38,571 bases of DNA from contig JACPLZ010000024.1 of the NCBI GenBank assembly GCA_016186245.1, positions 17,941 through 56,511 of the forward strand, read 5' to 3'. Source of the DNA: Candidatus Peregrinibacteria bacterium (GTDB lineage: Bacteria; Patescibacteriota; Gracilibacteria; UBA1369; LOWO2-01-FULL-3). Both the position numbers and the translations under genes were made by a program. Below the pieces are notes generated by a model that saw only the letters and a list, made by a program, of their open reading frames with translations, was not told the DNA's origin and did not search any database. Positions 18,524 to 27,320 of this stretch are shown piece after piece (position 1 is the first letter of the stretch; each line of letters begins with the position of its first letter).

Positions 18524-19312
18524 ATGCATCCAATCATTTTTAAAACGGATTTTTTCATATTGCATACCTATTGGATTTTTTTCGCGCTTGCAGCCATTAG
18601 CGGCACATACAGTCTGATCCATTTCAGCATCAAAAACGGCATGAAACTCCAATTTTTAAGCAGCAATTCCGCGCAACTGCTCCTATTTGCACTTATCGGC
18701 GCGCGCCTCGGCGCACTCCTGGTAAATTATCACATCTATTTCACAGAAATCAGTTTTGGCGCTTTAGCCAGGCTCTTTTACATTTGGGACGGAGGTCTTG
18801 ATTTTTGGGGAGCAATTACGGCATTTTTAATCATTCTTTACCATCTTTGCAAAAAACATGATCAGGATTTTTGGAAATGGCTCGACAGCATCATACCGTC
18901 AATGATTTTGGGACTCGGTTTCGCGCATATCGGAGCATTTTTCGAAGGAATCAATTATGGCCGGGAAACTTCTCTTCCATGGGGTGTTAATTTTGAAAGT
19001 CCGATTATAAAATATGCCGTACCGATCCATCCAACACAGATTTATGCAACGCTTTTTTCATTCGGCCTCGCATACTTTCTGATTTTCATGGCCGATACAA
19101 AAATAGTGCAAAAATTAAAAACCGGCGGATTCATCGGTATCCTCGGCATCACAATTTATAATTTTTTAAGATTTTTGGAAGAATTTGTGCGCGGCGACGA
19201 TACAATCACCGTTTTTGATATTCGCACTCCGCAGATAATCGCATTCATCATTACCACAGCTGGAATTGCCCTGCTACAGAGGCGTTTTCAGCTTCTCTGG
19301 ATTAAAAAATAA
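18524..19312 (+). CDS. lgt: Prolipoprotein diacylglyceryl transferase family protein (divergent)
   Basis: MHP, IGARLG, IWDGGL, LPWGVNF, HPTQIY, RFLEEFVRGD. Confidence 0.85.
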   Translation: MHPIIFKTDFFILHTYWIFFALAAISGTYSLIHFSIKNGMKLQFLSSNSAQLLLFALIGARLGALLVNYHIYFTEISFGALARLFYIWDGGLDFWGAITAFLIILYHLCKKHDQDFWKWLDSIIPSMILGLGFAHIGAFFEGINYGRETSLPWGVNFESPIIKYAVPIHPTQIYATLFSFGLAYFLIFMADTKIVQKLKTGGFIGILGITIYNFLRFLEEFVRGDDTITVFDIRTPQIIAFIITTAGIALLQRRFQLLWIKK

Positions 19313-19330
19313 AATAATGTTATTCTCCGT

Positions 19331-19390
19331 TTCGACAAGCTCACAATGACAATTTTGTCACCCTGAGCTTGTCGAAGGGTCACAATGACA
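19331..19390. repeat. TGTCA-family REP-like cluster
   Basis: TTCGACAAGCTCACAATGACA, inverted TGTCACCCTGAGCTTGTCGAAGGG, then TCACAATGACA again. Confidence 0.85.
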
Positions 19391-19392
19391 AA

Positions 19393-19803
19393 ATGAATTT
19401 TTTAGATTACTTATTCAATAGAATCCCGGGCCAAAATTTTTCCTACTATATTCCAATGGCTGTATTTGTAGCTCTTCTTTTTGTGGGAGCGATTTTCTTT
19501 TCAGGCATATATAAAAAAAGAAAACAGCACGACTTTGCGTTCAAAAGATTATTCAAAAAAACATCGGGGCGACTTACATTATTTGGAGTAATTTCCCTGC
19601 TGCTTCTGACTTTTCGATATGAAAACATCCCATACTTTGCAATGAGAATCTGGCTTTTTATCACCATTTTTTCCTTTCTATATTTCTTTTACAGAACACT
19701 TCGCGCCTACAAAATCGACTATCCACGCGAACGCGACAACGTGAACCGAAACATGCACATAAAGACCGAGAGCAAATATCTGCCGAACAAGAAGATGAGA
19801 TAA
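19393..19803 (+). CDS. Small membrane protein (about 3 TM), unknown function
   Basis: Likely start ATG 19393; hydrophobic segments, FRYENIPYFAMRIW, basic tail ending KYLPNKKMR. Confidence 0.75.
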   Translation: MNFLDYLFNRIPGQNFSYYIPMAVFVALLFVGAIFFSGIYKKRKQHDFAFKRLFKKTSGRLTLFGVISLLLLTFRYENIPYFAMRIWLFITIFSFLYFFYRTLRAYKIDYPRERDNVNRNMHIKTESKYLPNKKMR

Positions 19804-19822
19804 CCGATGCACAAACTTAAAA

Positions 19823-19930
19823 CTGAAAATTGATGCAGTGCGAGGAAACAAGCTATTTCTGACCGAGCCGTATTTACTGATACTGCGAGTAAGAAATAGC
19901 GCAGCTGACAAAGCAATGCGCAATTTTCAG
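19823..19930. repeat. ~108-nt nested palindromic element, copy A
   Basis: Ends CTGAAAATTG...CAATTTTCAG; inner arms GCTATTTCT/AGAAATAGC and GTAT/ATAC; closely similar to 28511-28619. Confidence 0.9.
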
Positions 19931-19935
19931 AGGTT

Positions 19936-20490
19936 TTAATCCACCCTTACGATTTCGTATTCTACAGGTCCAGACGGCGCATGAATCTTAACCACATCAC
20001 CTTTCTTCTTGTCCAAAACCGCATTTCCCACAGGTGATTCATTGGAAATCTTTCCAGTAAAAACATCTGATTCCGTCGCACCAACTATTGTATAAACTTC
20101 ATCTTCATCCTTCTTTTTGGTCAAATTTTTCAAACAAACCGTACTGCCGATTTGCACAGTCTTGGTTTTATGATGTTCGGAAATTATCTTCGCATTCTTA
20201 ACTTTTTCCTCAAGTTCCAAAATCCTTCCTTCCACAAATGCCTGTTCATTCTTGGCCTCCTCATACTCGGAATTTTCAGAAAGATCCCCATAGGAAATCG
20301 CCTCCTTAATACGCTGTGCGACCTCTTTGCGCTTGGTATCCTTCAAATATTGCAATTCCTCTTTGAGCTTGTCCAATCCCTCCCTGGTAACCAAAGTTAC
20401 TTTGCCATCATCACCGGTCCCGGATGAAAAATCCTGCTGAAGAGTAATGTCATCATCTCCGGCGGTTGCTTGTGTTTTTTTGTCTGACAT
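19936..20490 (-). CDS. greA: Transcription elongation factor GreA (with ~30-aa acidic N-terminal extension)
   Basis: T.EG..KLKEEL, GDLSENSEY..AKNEQ, VQIGS.V, YTIVG, ISNESPVG. Confidence 0.96.
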   Translation of the reverse strand: MSDKKTQATAGDDDITLQQDFSSGTGDDGKVTLVTREGLDKLKEELQYLKDTKRKEVAQRIKEAISYGDLSENSEYEEAKNEQAFVEGRILELEEKVKNAKIISEHHKTKTVQIGSTVCLKNLTKKKDEDEVYTIVGATESDVFTGKISNESPVGNAVLDKKKGDVVKIHAPSGPVEYEIVRVD

Positions 20491-20547
20491 ATAGTTTATA
20501 AATTAATAATTAAAAAGGGAGAAAAAACGCACCCGCTACACCCGTGC

Positions 20548-21723
20548 CTAATGCGGGCGAATCTTAACACTTGTCGGATGTTCCTTCAATTTCTGCAGAA
20601 CCTTGGCCTCGATCTGCCTTATACGCTCGCGGGTAACATGAAATTCCTGACCGACTTCTTCCAGAGTATGTCCGACACCATCCCTCAACCCAAATCGCAT
20701 TTCTATAATTTTTCTTTCACGCGGAGAAAGATATTGGAGCATTTCATGAATATTCTCTTTGATAAGCTGCCGATTGGTTGATTCCGCAGGAGACAAAGCC
20801 TCATCATCTTCAATAAAATCCCCCAGCTTGCTGTCTTCTTCAGTACCAACAGGCGCCTCCAGCGACACTATATCCTGGGAAATTTTCATTATGTGACGCA
20901 CTTTCTTGATATCCATATCCATTTCCGCAGCCAATTCCTCCACAAGCGGCTCACGACCAAGCTCCTGCACCAAACGTCTTTGCGCATGGGTAAGCTTGTT
21001 AATCGTTTCCACCATGTGCACCGGAATACGGATTGTGCGCGCCTGATCGGCAATTGCACGAGTTATAGCCTGCCTTATCCACCAGGTCGCGTATGTGGAA
21101 AATTTAAAACCACGGTTGGGATCAAATTTTTCAACCGCTCTAAACAAACCAATATTTCCCTCCTGAATCAGATCCAAAAAGGAAAGCCCGCGCCCAATAT
21201 ATTTCTTGGCAATACTTACCACCAGACGCAGATTCGCCTCGGCCAGCTTGCCCTTTGCCGACTGGTCACCCTTGGCTATACGCCGCGCCAACTCCACCTC
21301 TTCCTTTGCATTCAACAAAGACACTTTTCCAATCTCACACAGATAAAGCCTTATCGAATCGTTGGCAATTTCCCTAAACTCAGATTCTTTCTTTTTTTTC
21401 TTTTCCCGTCTGGCAGTCGCCGACATCTTTTTATCGCCGGCTTCACCGGAAAAGTCCATCACTTTCGCCTTCTCCCATTCCTTGTCATCCCAAACCAGAC
21501 TATCCTTGGTATCCAAAACCTCAATTCCCATATCCATAAAAAGGCTATAAATATCATCCAGAAGAATCAAATCCTCCTCGATATTTGGCATAGCCTTCAA
21601 TAATTCCTGATGTGTAACAAACCCCTGCCCTTTGCCTTTTTTGATCAAATCCCTCACCTCTTTGGAAAATTTTGCCAACTGATCATCAGAAGGATGGGCA
21701 ATAAATTTACTCGTTCTAGCCAT
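20548..21723 (-). CDS. rpoD: Primary RNA polymerase sigma factor
   Basis: [71 protein letters not shown]. Confidence 0.98.
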   Translation of the reverse strand: MARTSKFIAHPSDDQLAKFSKEVRDLIKKGKGQGFVTHQELLKAMPNIEEDLILLDDIYSLFMDMGIEVLDTKDSLVWDDKEWEKAKVMDFSGEAGDKKMSATARREKKKKKESEFREIANDSIRLYLCEIGKVSLLNAKEEVELARRIAKGDQSAKGKLAEANLRLVVSIAKKYIGRGLSFLDLIQEGNIGLFRAVEKFDPNRGFKFSTYATWWIRQAITRAIADQARTIRIPVHMVETINKLTHAQRRLVQELGREPLVEELAAEMDMDIKKVRHIMKISQDIVSLEAPVGTEEDSKLGDFIEDDEALSPAESTNRQLIKENIHEMLQYLSPRERKIIEMRFGLRDGVGHTLEEVGQEFHVTRERIRQIEAKVLQKLKEHPTSVKIRPH

Positions 21724-21729
21724 AGAAAA

Positions 21730-23496
21730 TTAAGATAACTTTAGTAACCCCTGCTGCGTCGCCAATAAACTTTTCAGTTTTTCCTTATCCCCGGAATCTT
21801 CAGCCTCTCCAATCTGTCTTTGTATTTCCTTTAGCTCTATATTTCTGCGATCTTTTCGCAGCTTGTCAATCAATTTTTTCACCTCCTCCTCAAGAGTTTG
21901 CTCGGAAAAATTTGCATACCGGTCTTCCGCGTACAAACGCCACACAGCAACTTTACCGCTTGCATCAGCCAAACAACCGTCATCAAAACTCCATCCCACA
22001 AATTTACCTCGGGTCGAATTATACTGATCGGTTAGAGCATTGTAAACATTTTTAAGGTAGACATCAGATTCTAAATTCTGATCAAGATTTTTCAACAAAT
22101 CCTTCACAGCCGGAAAAAGAAGCGGATATTCCAGAAGAATAGAAATAAGAACTTCCTGGGAAGGAAATTTCCTGCTTCCGGAAACATTTCCCTCAGCTCT
22201 CGCAGGATGGGTACGAGGCAATTTCATATTGGCAATTTCATCATAGAGAAATTTTTGATCCATGTTTAGTTTACCGGCCAGTTCCCTCACGAAATAATCG
22301 CGATTTACCGCCGACATCCCATCAAAACACGGCAGAAGCTGGGAAATCACTTCATTTCTGCCGCTTAAAGCAGCTATATCGTTTTCCAATATAAGTCGTT
22401 CAATAAAAAAACTCACAAAATTTTTAGCATTGTCCACCATCTTTTTAAATTCTCCTCCATGCTCCAAAACAAAATCCGCCGGATCTTTTTGCTCAAGAGC
22501 GATAGTTTTTATTTCAACACCTTCCTCTCTAAACATGAAATAAGCCCTTCTGGAAGCCTCAAATCCGGCCTTATCACTATCAAAACAGCTGATCACATTT
22601 TTAGTCAGTCTCTTTACTTGCCGCACCTGCCCCGCAGAAAACGCCGTTCCCGAACTGGCCACAACATTCTTAATCCCTTCCTGATGAGGCAAAATAACAT
22701 CAAAATATCCTTCCACTATCACAGCCTTATCTTCTTCTTTGATGTATTTCTTGGCATGTGAAAGCCCATAAATCACTTTGCTTTTACTGTAAACAGGATT
22801 TTCCGGAGAGTTAAGGTATTTTGGCTGCTGCTCTTTTTGCAAAGCACGTCCGCCAAAACCGCAAATTCTGCCGAGATAATCAAAAATCGGAAAAATAAGC
22901 CGCAAACGGTATTTATCATAAATTCTTTCATCACCGATATTTTTCGCGGAAGCCAGACCTGATTTCAAAATAACATTTTTGGGGATACGTTTTTTGAGAA
23001 GAACAGGATGCAAAGCATCAAAACTATCCGGCGCAAATCCAAGGCGAAATTCCCTGATTGTCCCATCATTCACTCCCCTTTTATAAAGATAGTTCAAAAC
23101 TTTTTTGCCTTCATCGGTCTGCAAAAGCTGCTCTTCAAAAAACTTCGCAGCAATTTCTTGGGCCTCAAAATAAATATCCTTCTCATCTTTATCAACTTTT
23201 TTGGCCAACTTTTTATCATCGATTTTCACACCGGCCCGATCAGCCAAAATCTGCAAAGACTCGCGGAAATTAACCCCTTCCAATTCTTGTATGAAAGTGA
23301 AAATATCACCGCCTTTATTACAGCCGAAACAATGGCATATCTGTTTTTCCGGACTTACCACAAAACTCGGAGTTTTTTCACTATGAAAAGGGCAGAGACC
23401 TTTCAAATTTCTGCCAAGTTTTTTCAGCTGGACATATTGGGAAACAACCTCTTCGATACCCAGCCGGCTTTTAATTTCTTCAACAACATCCGCCAT
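21730..23496 (-). CDS. dnaG: DNA primase
   Basis: GLCPFHSEKTPSF, CHCFGC, FGGR, PKYLNSPE, VEGYFD, FDSDKAG, KDPAD; start at MADVVEE. Confidence 0.97.
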   Translation of the reverse strand: MADVVEEIKSRLGIEEVVSQYVQLKKLGRNLKGLCPFHSEKTPSFVVSPEKQICHCFGCNKGGDIFTFIQELEGVNFRESLQILADRAGVKIDDKKLAKKVDKDEKDIYFEAQEIAAKFFEEQLLQTDEGKKVLNYLYKRGVNDGTIREFRLGFAPDSFDALHPVLLKKRIPKNVILKSGLASAKNIGDERIYDKYRLRLIFPIFDYLGRICGFGGRALQKEQQPKYLNSPENPVYSKSKVIYGLSHAKKYIKEEDKAVIVEGYFDVILPHQEGIKNVVASSGTAFSAGQVRQVKRLTKNVISCFDSDKAGFEASRRAYFMFREEGVEIKTIALEQKDPADFVLEHGGEFKKMVDNAKNFVSFFIERLILENDIAALSGRNEVISQLLPCFDGMSAVNRDYFVRELAGKLNMDQKFLYDEIANMKLPRTHPARAEGNVSGSRKFPSQEVLISILLEYPLLFPAVKDLLKNLDQNLESDVYLKNVYNALTDQYNSTRGKFVGWSFDDGCLADASGKVAVWRLYAEDRYANFSEQTLEEEVKKLIDKLRKDRRNIELKEIQRQIGEAEDSGDKEKLKSLLATQQGLLKLS

Positions 23497-23550
23497 AGCG
23501 CCCAAGTTATAGCAGAGGAACAAAAAGTTTCCTAGGAAATTTATATATCA

Positions 23551-24591
23551 TCAATCCATCCTCCTCCTTCCCCCAAACACCAGCGCCACCGCCAAAAGCA
23601 ACATCATCAAACCAAGCGCGATAATCATAAACAGCTTCTGCCTGCTATCCACAAGCACCACAGAAGTAAATCCAAAAAACGCCGTAACGCCAAGATATAT
23701 CAGAATCACCATCCGCTCAGACAAACCCAGATCAAGCAGACGATGATGCAGATGCTTTAAATCGCCTTTCCAAAATTTCTGCCCCGACCAAAGACGGCGT
23801 AAAACCACCCAAATCATATCCAAAATAGGGATACCCAAGACCAAAAAAGCCGTCGCCACCTTTCCGCCGGAAAAAATCGCCAACGTAGCAATCACAAATC
23901 CAAGCAACGTACTGCCGGTATCCCCCATCAAAATCGCCGGCCGCGGAAAATCGAAAATCAGAAATGCCAGCGAAATCATCGCGACAATCAGCGCAATCGT
24001 AGCCACGCCAATCTGTGACTGCGGATCCACATGCAGTCCAGGATGAATACTCAAAATGAATAAAGTCAGCCCTGAAATAAAACCGATCCCGCTCGTCAAA
24101 CCGCTGACACCGTCAACAAAATTCATGGTATTTACAATCGCCATCACCCAAAAAATCGTAAAAATCGCACCGACAAGCGGCGCACTCATATCGATAATCC
24201 CCAAAAACGGAATATTTACAGACAGAATACCAATCCCCGACCACACCAGAATCAACGCTGCCAGAAAGTGAAAACCGATCCTCAGCAACGGACTGATCCT
24301 TTTGGAATCATCCCAAAATCCGATTGCCGCAATCATCAAAGCGCCAACAAGCAACCCCACAAGTTGCCTGGAAATCGGCACAAATATCAGGACAGAAACA
24401 ATAAAAGCCAGAAAAATGGCTATACCTCCATAGTAAGGTATCGGCTTACGCTTAAGCCCATATAGGAGTGGTCGATCAATCAACCCAAACTGCGGAAAAA
24501 TTTGAATTGCAATTGTCGTAAGCAGCCCCGACAGCCCAAAAGCAAAAAAGGCCGGCCGCCAATACTGTGCTAAAATTTCCTGAAAATTCAT
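23551..24591 (-). CDS. MraY/WecA/TagO-family polyprenyl-phosphate GlcNAc-1-phosphate transferase
   Basis: PYYGG, GFWDD, NTMNFVDG.SGL, LMGDTGS, HLHHRL (WecA/TagO-like). Confidence 0.9.
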   Translation of the reverse strand: MNFQEILAQYWRPAFFAFGLSGLLTTIAIQIFPQFGLIDRPLLYGLKRKPIPYYGGIAIFLAFIVSVLIFVPISRQLVGLLVGALMIAAIGFWDDSKRISPLLRIGFHFLAALILVWSGIGILSVNIPFLGIIDMSAPLVGAIFTIFWVMAIVNTMNFVDGVSGLTSGIGFISGLTLFILSIHPGLHVDPQSQIGVATIALIVAMISLAFLIFDFPRPAILMGDTGSTLLGFVIATLAIFSGGKVATAFLVLGIPILDMIWVVLRRLWSGQKFWKGDLKHLHHRLLDLGLSERMVILIYLGVTAFFGFTSVVLVDSRQKLFMIIALGLMMLLLAVALVFGGRRRMD

Positions 24592-24612
24592 ATGCGGGAT
24601 ATTACCACAAAA

Positions 24613-25482
24613 TCATTTTATCTGTTTTTTGAATTTTATTCCTCCGCGAAAATTTTCAACAACTCCAACAAGTTTTCCTTTATTAAAAGCCATAGAACAG
24701 GAACCATGTTCGATTTTTTTATTCTCTAAAGTTTTACCATCGCCAAGCTGCAAGAGTTCTTTATCTGTTAAAATAGTACAAGGAAACTTTTCAGCTATTT
24801 TCTCAAGGCTCAGCAATTCTTGTTCGAAATTTTTATCCAGCTCACACACTTTTACCGCCCCGGAAACCAAAAAATCATTGATTGATAGTCTTCTCAACAA
24901 AGCCACATACGCCCCGCAACCAATTTTCTCTCCCAAATCAGAAATCAAAGATCTTATATAAGTCCCTGCACTGCATTGGACACGGAATCTGACCAGAGGC
25001 CAGTCATTTTTCAAAATTCTAAATTTATCAATAAGGATTTTTCTCGGTTTCATTTCCACCTCATTCCCGGAACGCATAATATCGGAGGCTCTCTTTCCGG
25101 CTATTTTCAGCGCTGAATATTTTGGCGGCACCTGTAAAATTTCACCGGAAAAATTGTCGGAAATGATTTTTTTCATCTCAAAATTTGTTTTCCGCGGAAA
25201 ATCAAACGAACTTTCAACAATTGTTCCATCCCTGTCTCCTGTTGACGACACAGCGCCAAACCTCGCAGCAACTTCATAGGTTTTGTCACAGCCCAGTAAA
25301 AATTCCAGAAGTTTCGTCGCCTCTCCAACAGCCACAATCAACAGTCCAGTAGCCAGCTTATCCAGTGTACCTGCATGGCCGACACGCCGCATGCCGGTGA
25401 GCTTTCTCACAGCCATAACAACTTCAAAAGAAGTCATCCCCTCTTCCTTGTCTATTAAAAAAAATCCGTTTATCATAATCAC
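24613..25482 (-). CDS. truB: tRNA pseudouridine(55) synthase
   Basis: DKEEGMTS, VGHAGTLD.LATGLL, QVPPKYSALK, CSAGTYIRSL; start at GTG 25482 or ATG 25476. Confidence 0.95.
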   Translation of the reverse strand: MIMINGFFLIDKEEGMTSFEVVMAVRKLTGMRRVGHAGTLDKLATGLLIVAVGEATKLLEFLLGCDKTYEVAARFGAVSSTGDRDGTIVESSFDFPRKTNFEMKKIISDNFSGEILQVPPKYSALKIAGKRASDIMRSGNEVEMKPRKILIDKFRILKNDWPLVRFRVQCSAGTYIRSLISDLGEKIGCGAYVALLRRLSINDFLVSGAVKVCELDKNFEQELLSLEKIAEKFPCTILTDKELLQLGDGKTLENKKIEHGSCSMAFNKGKLVGVVENFRGGIKFKKQIK

Positions 25483-26783
25483 AACGCTATTTTTATTTCT
25501 CTGTTCAAAAGCTCGCCAATAACTTTTTTATCATTCCAGGGAATTTTACCGCGACGGTCAATCATAATCTCCTCTGCGCCCTTGCCGGCAACAAGCACAG
25601 TATCTCCATTTTTTGCCATCAATAAAGCAAGCCTGATAGCCTCTCTCCGATCAGGAATCTTCCAAAATCGATCACCCTCTGTACGTTTAATCCCTCCGCT
25701 CACCTGTTCAATAATTCCCCATTCATCCTCCGTATACGGATCATCATTTGTAACAATCACATAATCGGCCAACCGATCGGCAATTTCGCCCATCACCGGA
25801 CGCTTGGATTTATCACGACCGCCACCGGTACAACCAAACACAATAAACAATTTTCCCACAGTCAGCCCTTTATATAAAGCCAACAAACTCTCCAAAGCAT
25901 CAGGCGTATGAGCATAATCGACAACAACAGAAAAATCCTGCCCAGCCATCACTCGATCAAAACGCCCGGAAACCTGCCGCACCTCGGACAATCCTCTCGC
26001 AATAATCGGCAAAGGCAAGCCAAGACCAACACATACTGCTGCAACCGCCAGCGCGTTGTAAATATTAAAATCACCCGGCATCGGGATTTCCACATCTACA
26101 GAATCATTTGGAATGACCAGCTTGAATTTTGAGCCTTCCGCTTTTTTTTCAATATTTTCCGCGCGGATCGTACCACCATTAACGCCATAAATAAATTGCC
26201 TATCCGCCACAAACTGATCAAAGTAATTGAAATACTGATCATCCGCATTCAGCGCAAGAATTTTTGGAACATTCAACTTGCGGCGCCCCTCAACCACATG
26301 CCTAAACAAGCCACCCTTGGCGTTGAGATAACTATTAAAATCACCGTGATATTCCACGTGATCGGCGGTAACATTGGTAATCACAGCAACATCGATATTT
26401 ATTCCCAAAATCCGCGATTGATCCACGGCATGGGAAGTAACTTCAACCACCGCATATTTACAGCCCTCATCCACCATTCTTCTTAAAAGTTTTTGGAGAA
26501 AAAACGGCCCCATGGTCGTCTGCTTGGAAGCATTTATCCATTTCTCCTCGCCTATCTGAAAAGCAATTGTAGAACTCATCCCCACTCTGAAACCAGAGGC
26601 TGTCAAAACATCGGCAAGCATATTGGAAGTAGTGGTTTTGCCATTGGTGCCGGTTATACCAATCACAATCAGATCATCTGCCGGAAAACGGTAAATCACA
26701 GCCGCCAAAAACGCCATGATTTTATGATACATAAGCCGTAAAGGATGCCTGTCGGGAATTAAATTTCGGAGATAATTTAGCAT
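25479..26783 (-). CDS. murE: UDP-MurNAc-L-Ala-D-Glu:diamino acid ligase, lacking the usual N-terminal domain
   Basis: GITGTNGKTTT, EVTSHA, TNVTADH, FN.YNALA, VDYAHTPDAL, FGCTGGGRD..KR, AGKGAE. Confidence 0.93.
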   Translation of the reverse strand: MLNYLRNLIPDRHPLRLMYHKIMAFLAAVIYRFPADDLIVIGITGTNGKTTTSNMLADVLTASGFRVGMSSTIAFQIGEEKWINASKQTTMGPFFLQKLLRRMVDEGCKYAVVEVTSHAVDQSRILGINIDVAVITNVTADHVEYHGDFNSYLNAKGGLFRHVVEGRRKLNVPKILALNADDQYFNYFDQFVADRQFIYGVNGGTIRAENIEKKAEGSKFKLVIPNDSVDVEIPMPGDFNIYNALAVAAVCVGLGLPLPIIARGLSEVRQVSGRFDRVMAGQDFSVVVDYAHTPDALESLLALYKGLTVGKLFIVFGCTGGGRDKSKRPVMGEIADRLADYVIVTNDDPYTEDEWGIIEQVSGGIKRTEGDRFWKIPDRREAIRLALLMAKNGDTVLVAGKGAEEIMIDRRGKIPWNDKKVIGELLNREIKIAL

Positions 26784-26798
26784 ATTGATAGTTTACCG

Positions 26799-26915
26799 TG
26801 TCATCCTGAACTTGTTTATTTGTCATCCTGAACTTGTTTTTTGTCATCCTGAACTTGTTTCAGGATCTAACATTCCCAGTTAACCGTGAGATCCCGAAAT
26901 AAATTCGGGATGACA
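26799..26915. repeat. TGTCA-family palindromic repeat with three tandem left arms
   Basis: TGTCATCCTGAACTTGTTT at 26799, 26821 and 26842; the third continues CAGGATCT...AGATCCCGAAATAAATTCGGGATGACA. Confidence 0.9.
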
Positions 26916-26920
26916 CATTA

Positions 26921-27268
26921 TTACATCTTTCTCACCTCTTTCACATCTTTCTCAATTCTTTCCGCAAGCTCCTCCATGCTTCCAAATTTTTCCACATCGC
27001 GGATTTTTTTCAAAGTTCTCACAGTTAAAATCGAGCCGGGAAGAATCTCTCCATTCCAATCCAAAACATAAACCTCGCAAATTGGCTTTGGATCATCTAC
27101 GGTCGGCCTCGGCCCCAGATGCACCGCCGCCATCCGCCATTTTACATCAAGAAAAATTTCTCCGGCAAAAATACCGGAAATATCGCCATAGTATTCAATA
27201 TTAAGAGTTGGAAAACCAATTTTTTTAGCCAGCCCCTGACCTTTTATCAGCATTCCTTCTATCTCCAT
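26921..27268 (-). CDS. Stand-alone riboflavin kinase (RibF C-terminal domain only)
   Basis: G.G....IGFPTLNI, GPRPTV, EVYVL, KIRDVEKF.S.EEL...I.KD. Confidence 0.88.
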   Translation of the reverse strand: MEIEGMLIKGQGLAKKIGFPTLNIEYYGDISGIFAGEIFLDVKWRMAAVHLGPRPTVDDPKPICEVYVLDWNGEILPGSILTVRTLKKIRDVEKFGSMEELAERIEKDVKEVRKM

Positions 27269-27320
27269 GGTGCAAATATAGCATTGCTTTTAGAAGATAC
27301 CTATTGTTTGATAAAAACAC

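Noticed and set aside
19369..19392. TTG-start extension of the small membrane protein
   Set aside because: It lies inside the REP cluster; ATG 19393 is the more plausible start.
20893..21603. 236-aa antisense ORF over rpoD, and the many other antisense ORFs in the track
   Set aside because: Shadow frames of conserved genes with no motifs; expected from codon bias.
19936..23496. dnaG-rpoD-greA cluster as something unusual
   Set aside because: dnaG-rpoD linkage is the classical macromolecular synthesis operon arrangement; the motifs are canonical.
26799..26860. Three direct 19-nt repeats as a possible CRISPR array
   Set aside because: They are separated by only 2-3 nt, with no spacers and no cas genes; they are REP left arms.
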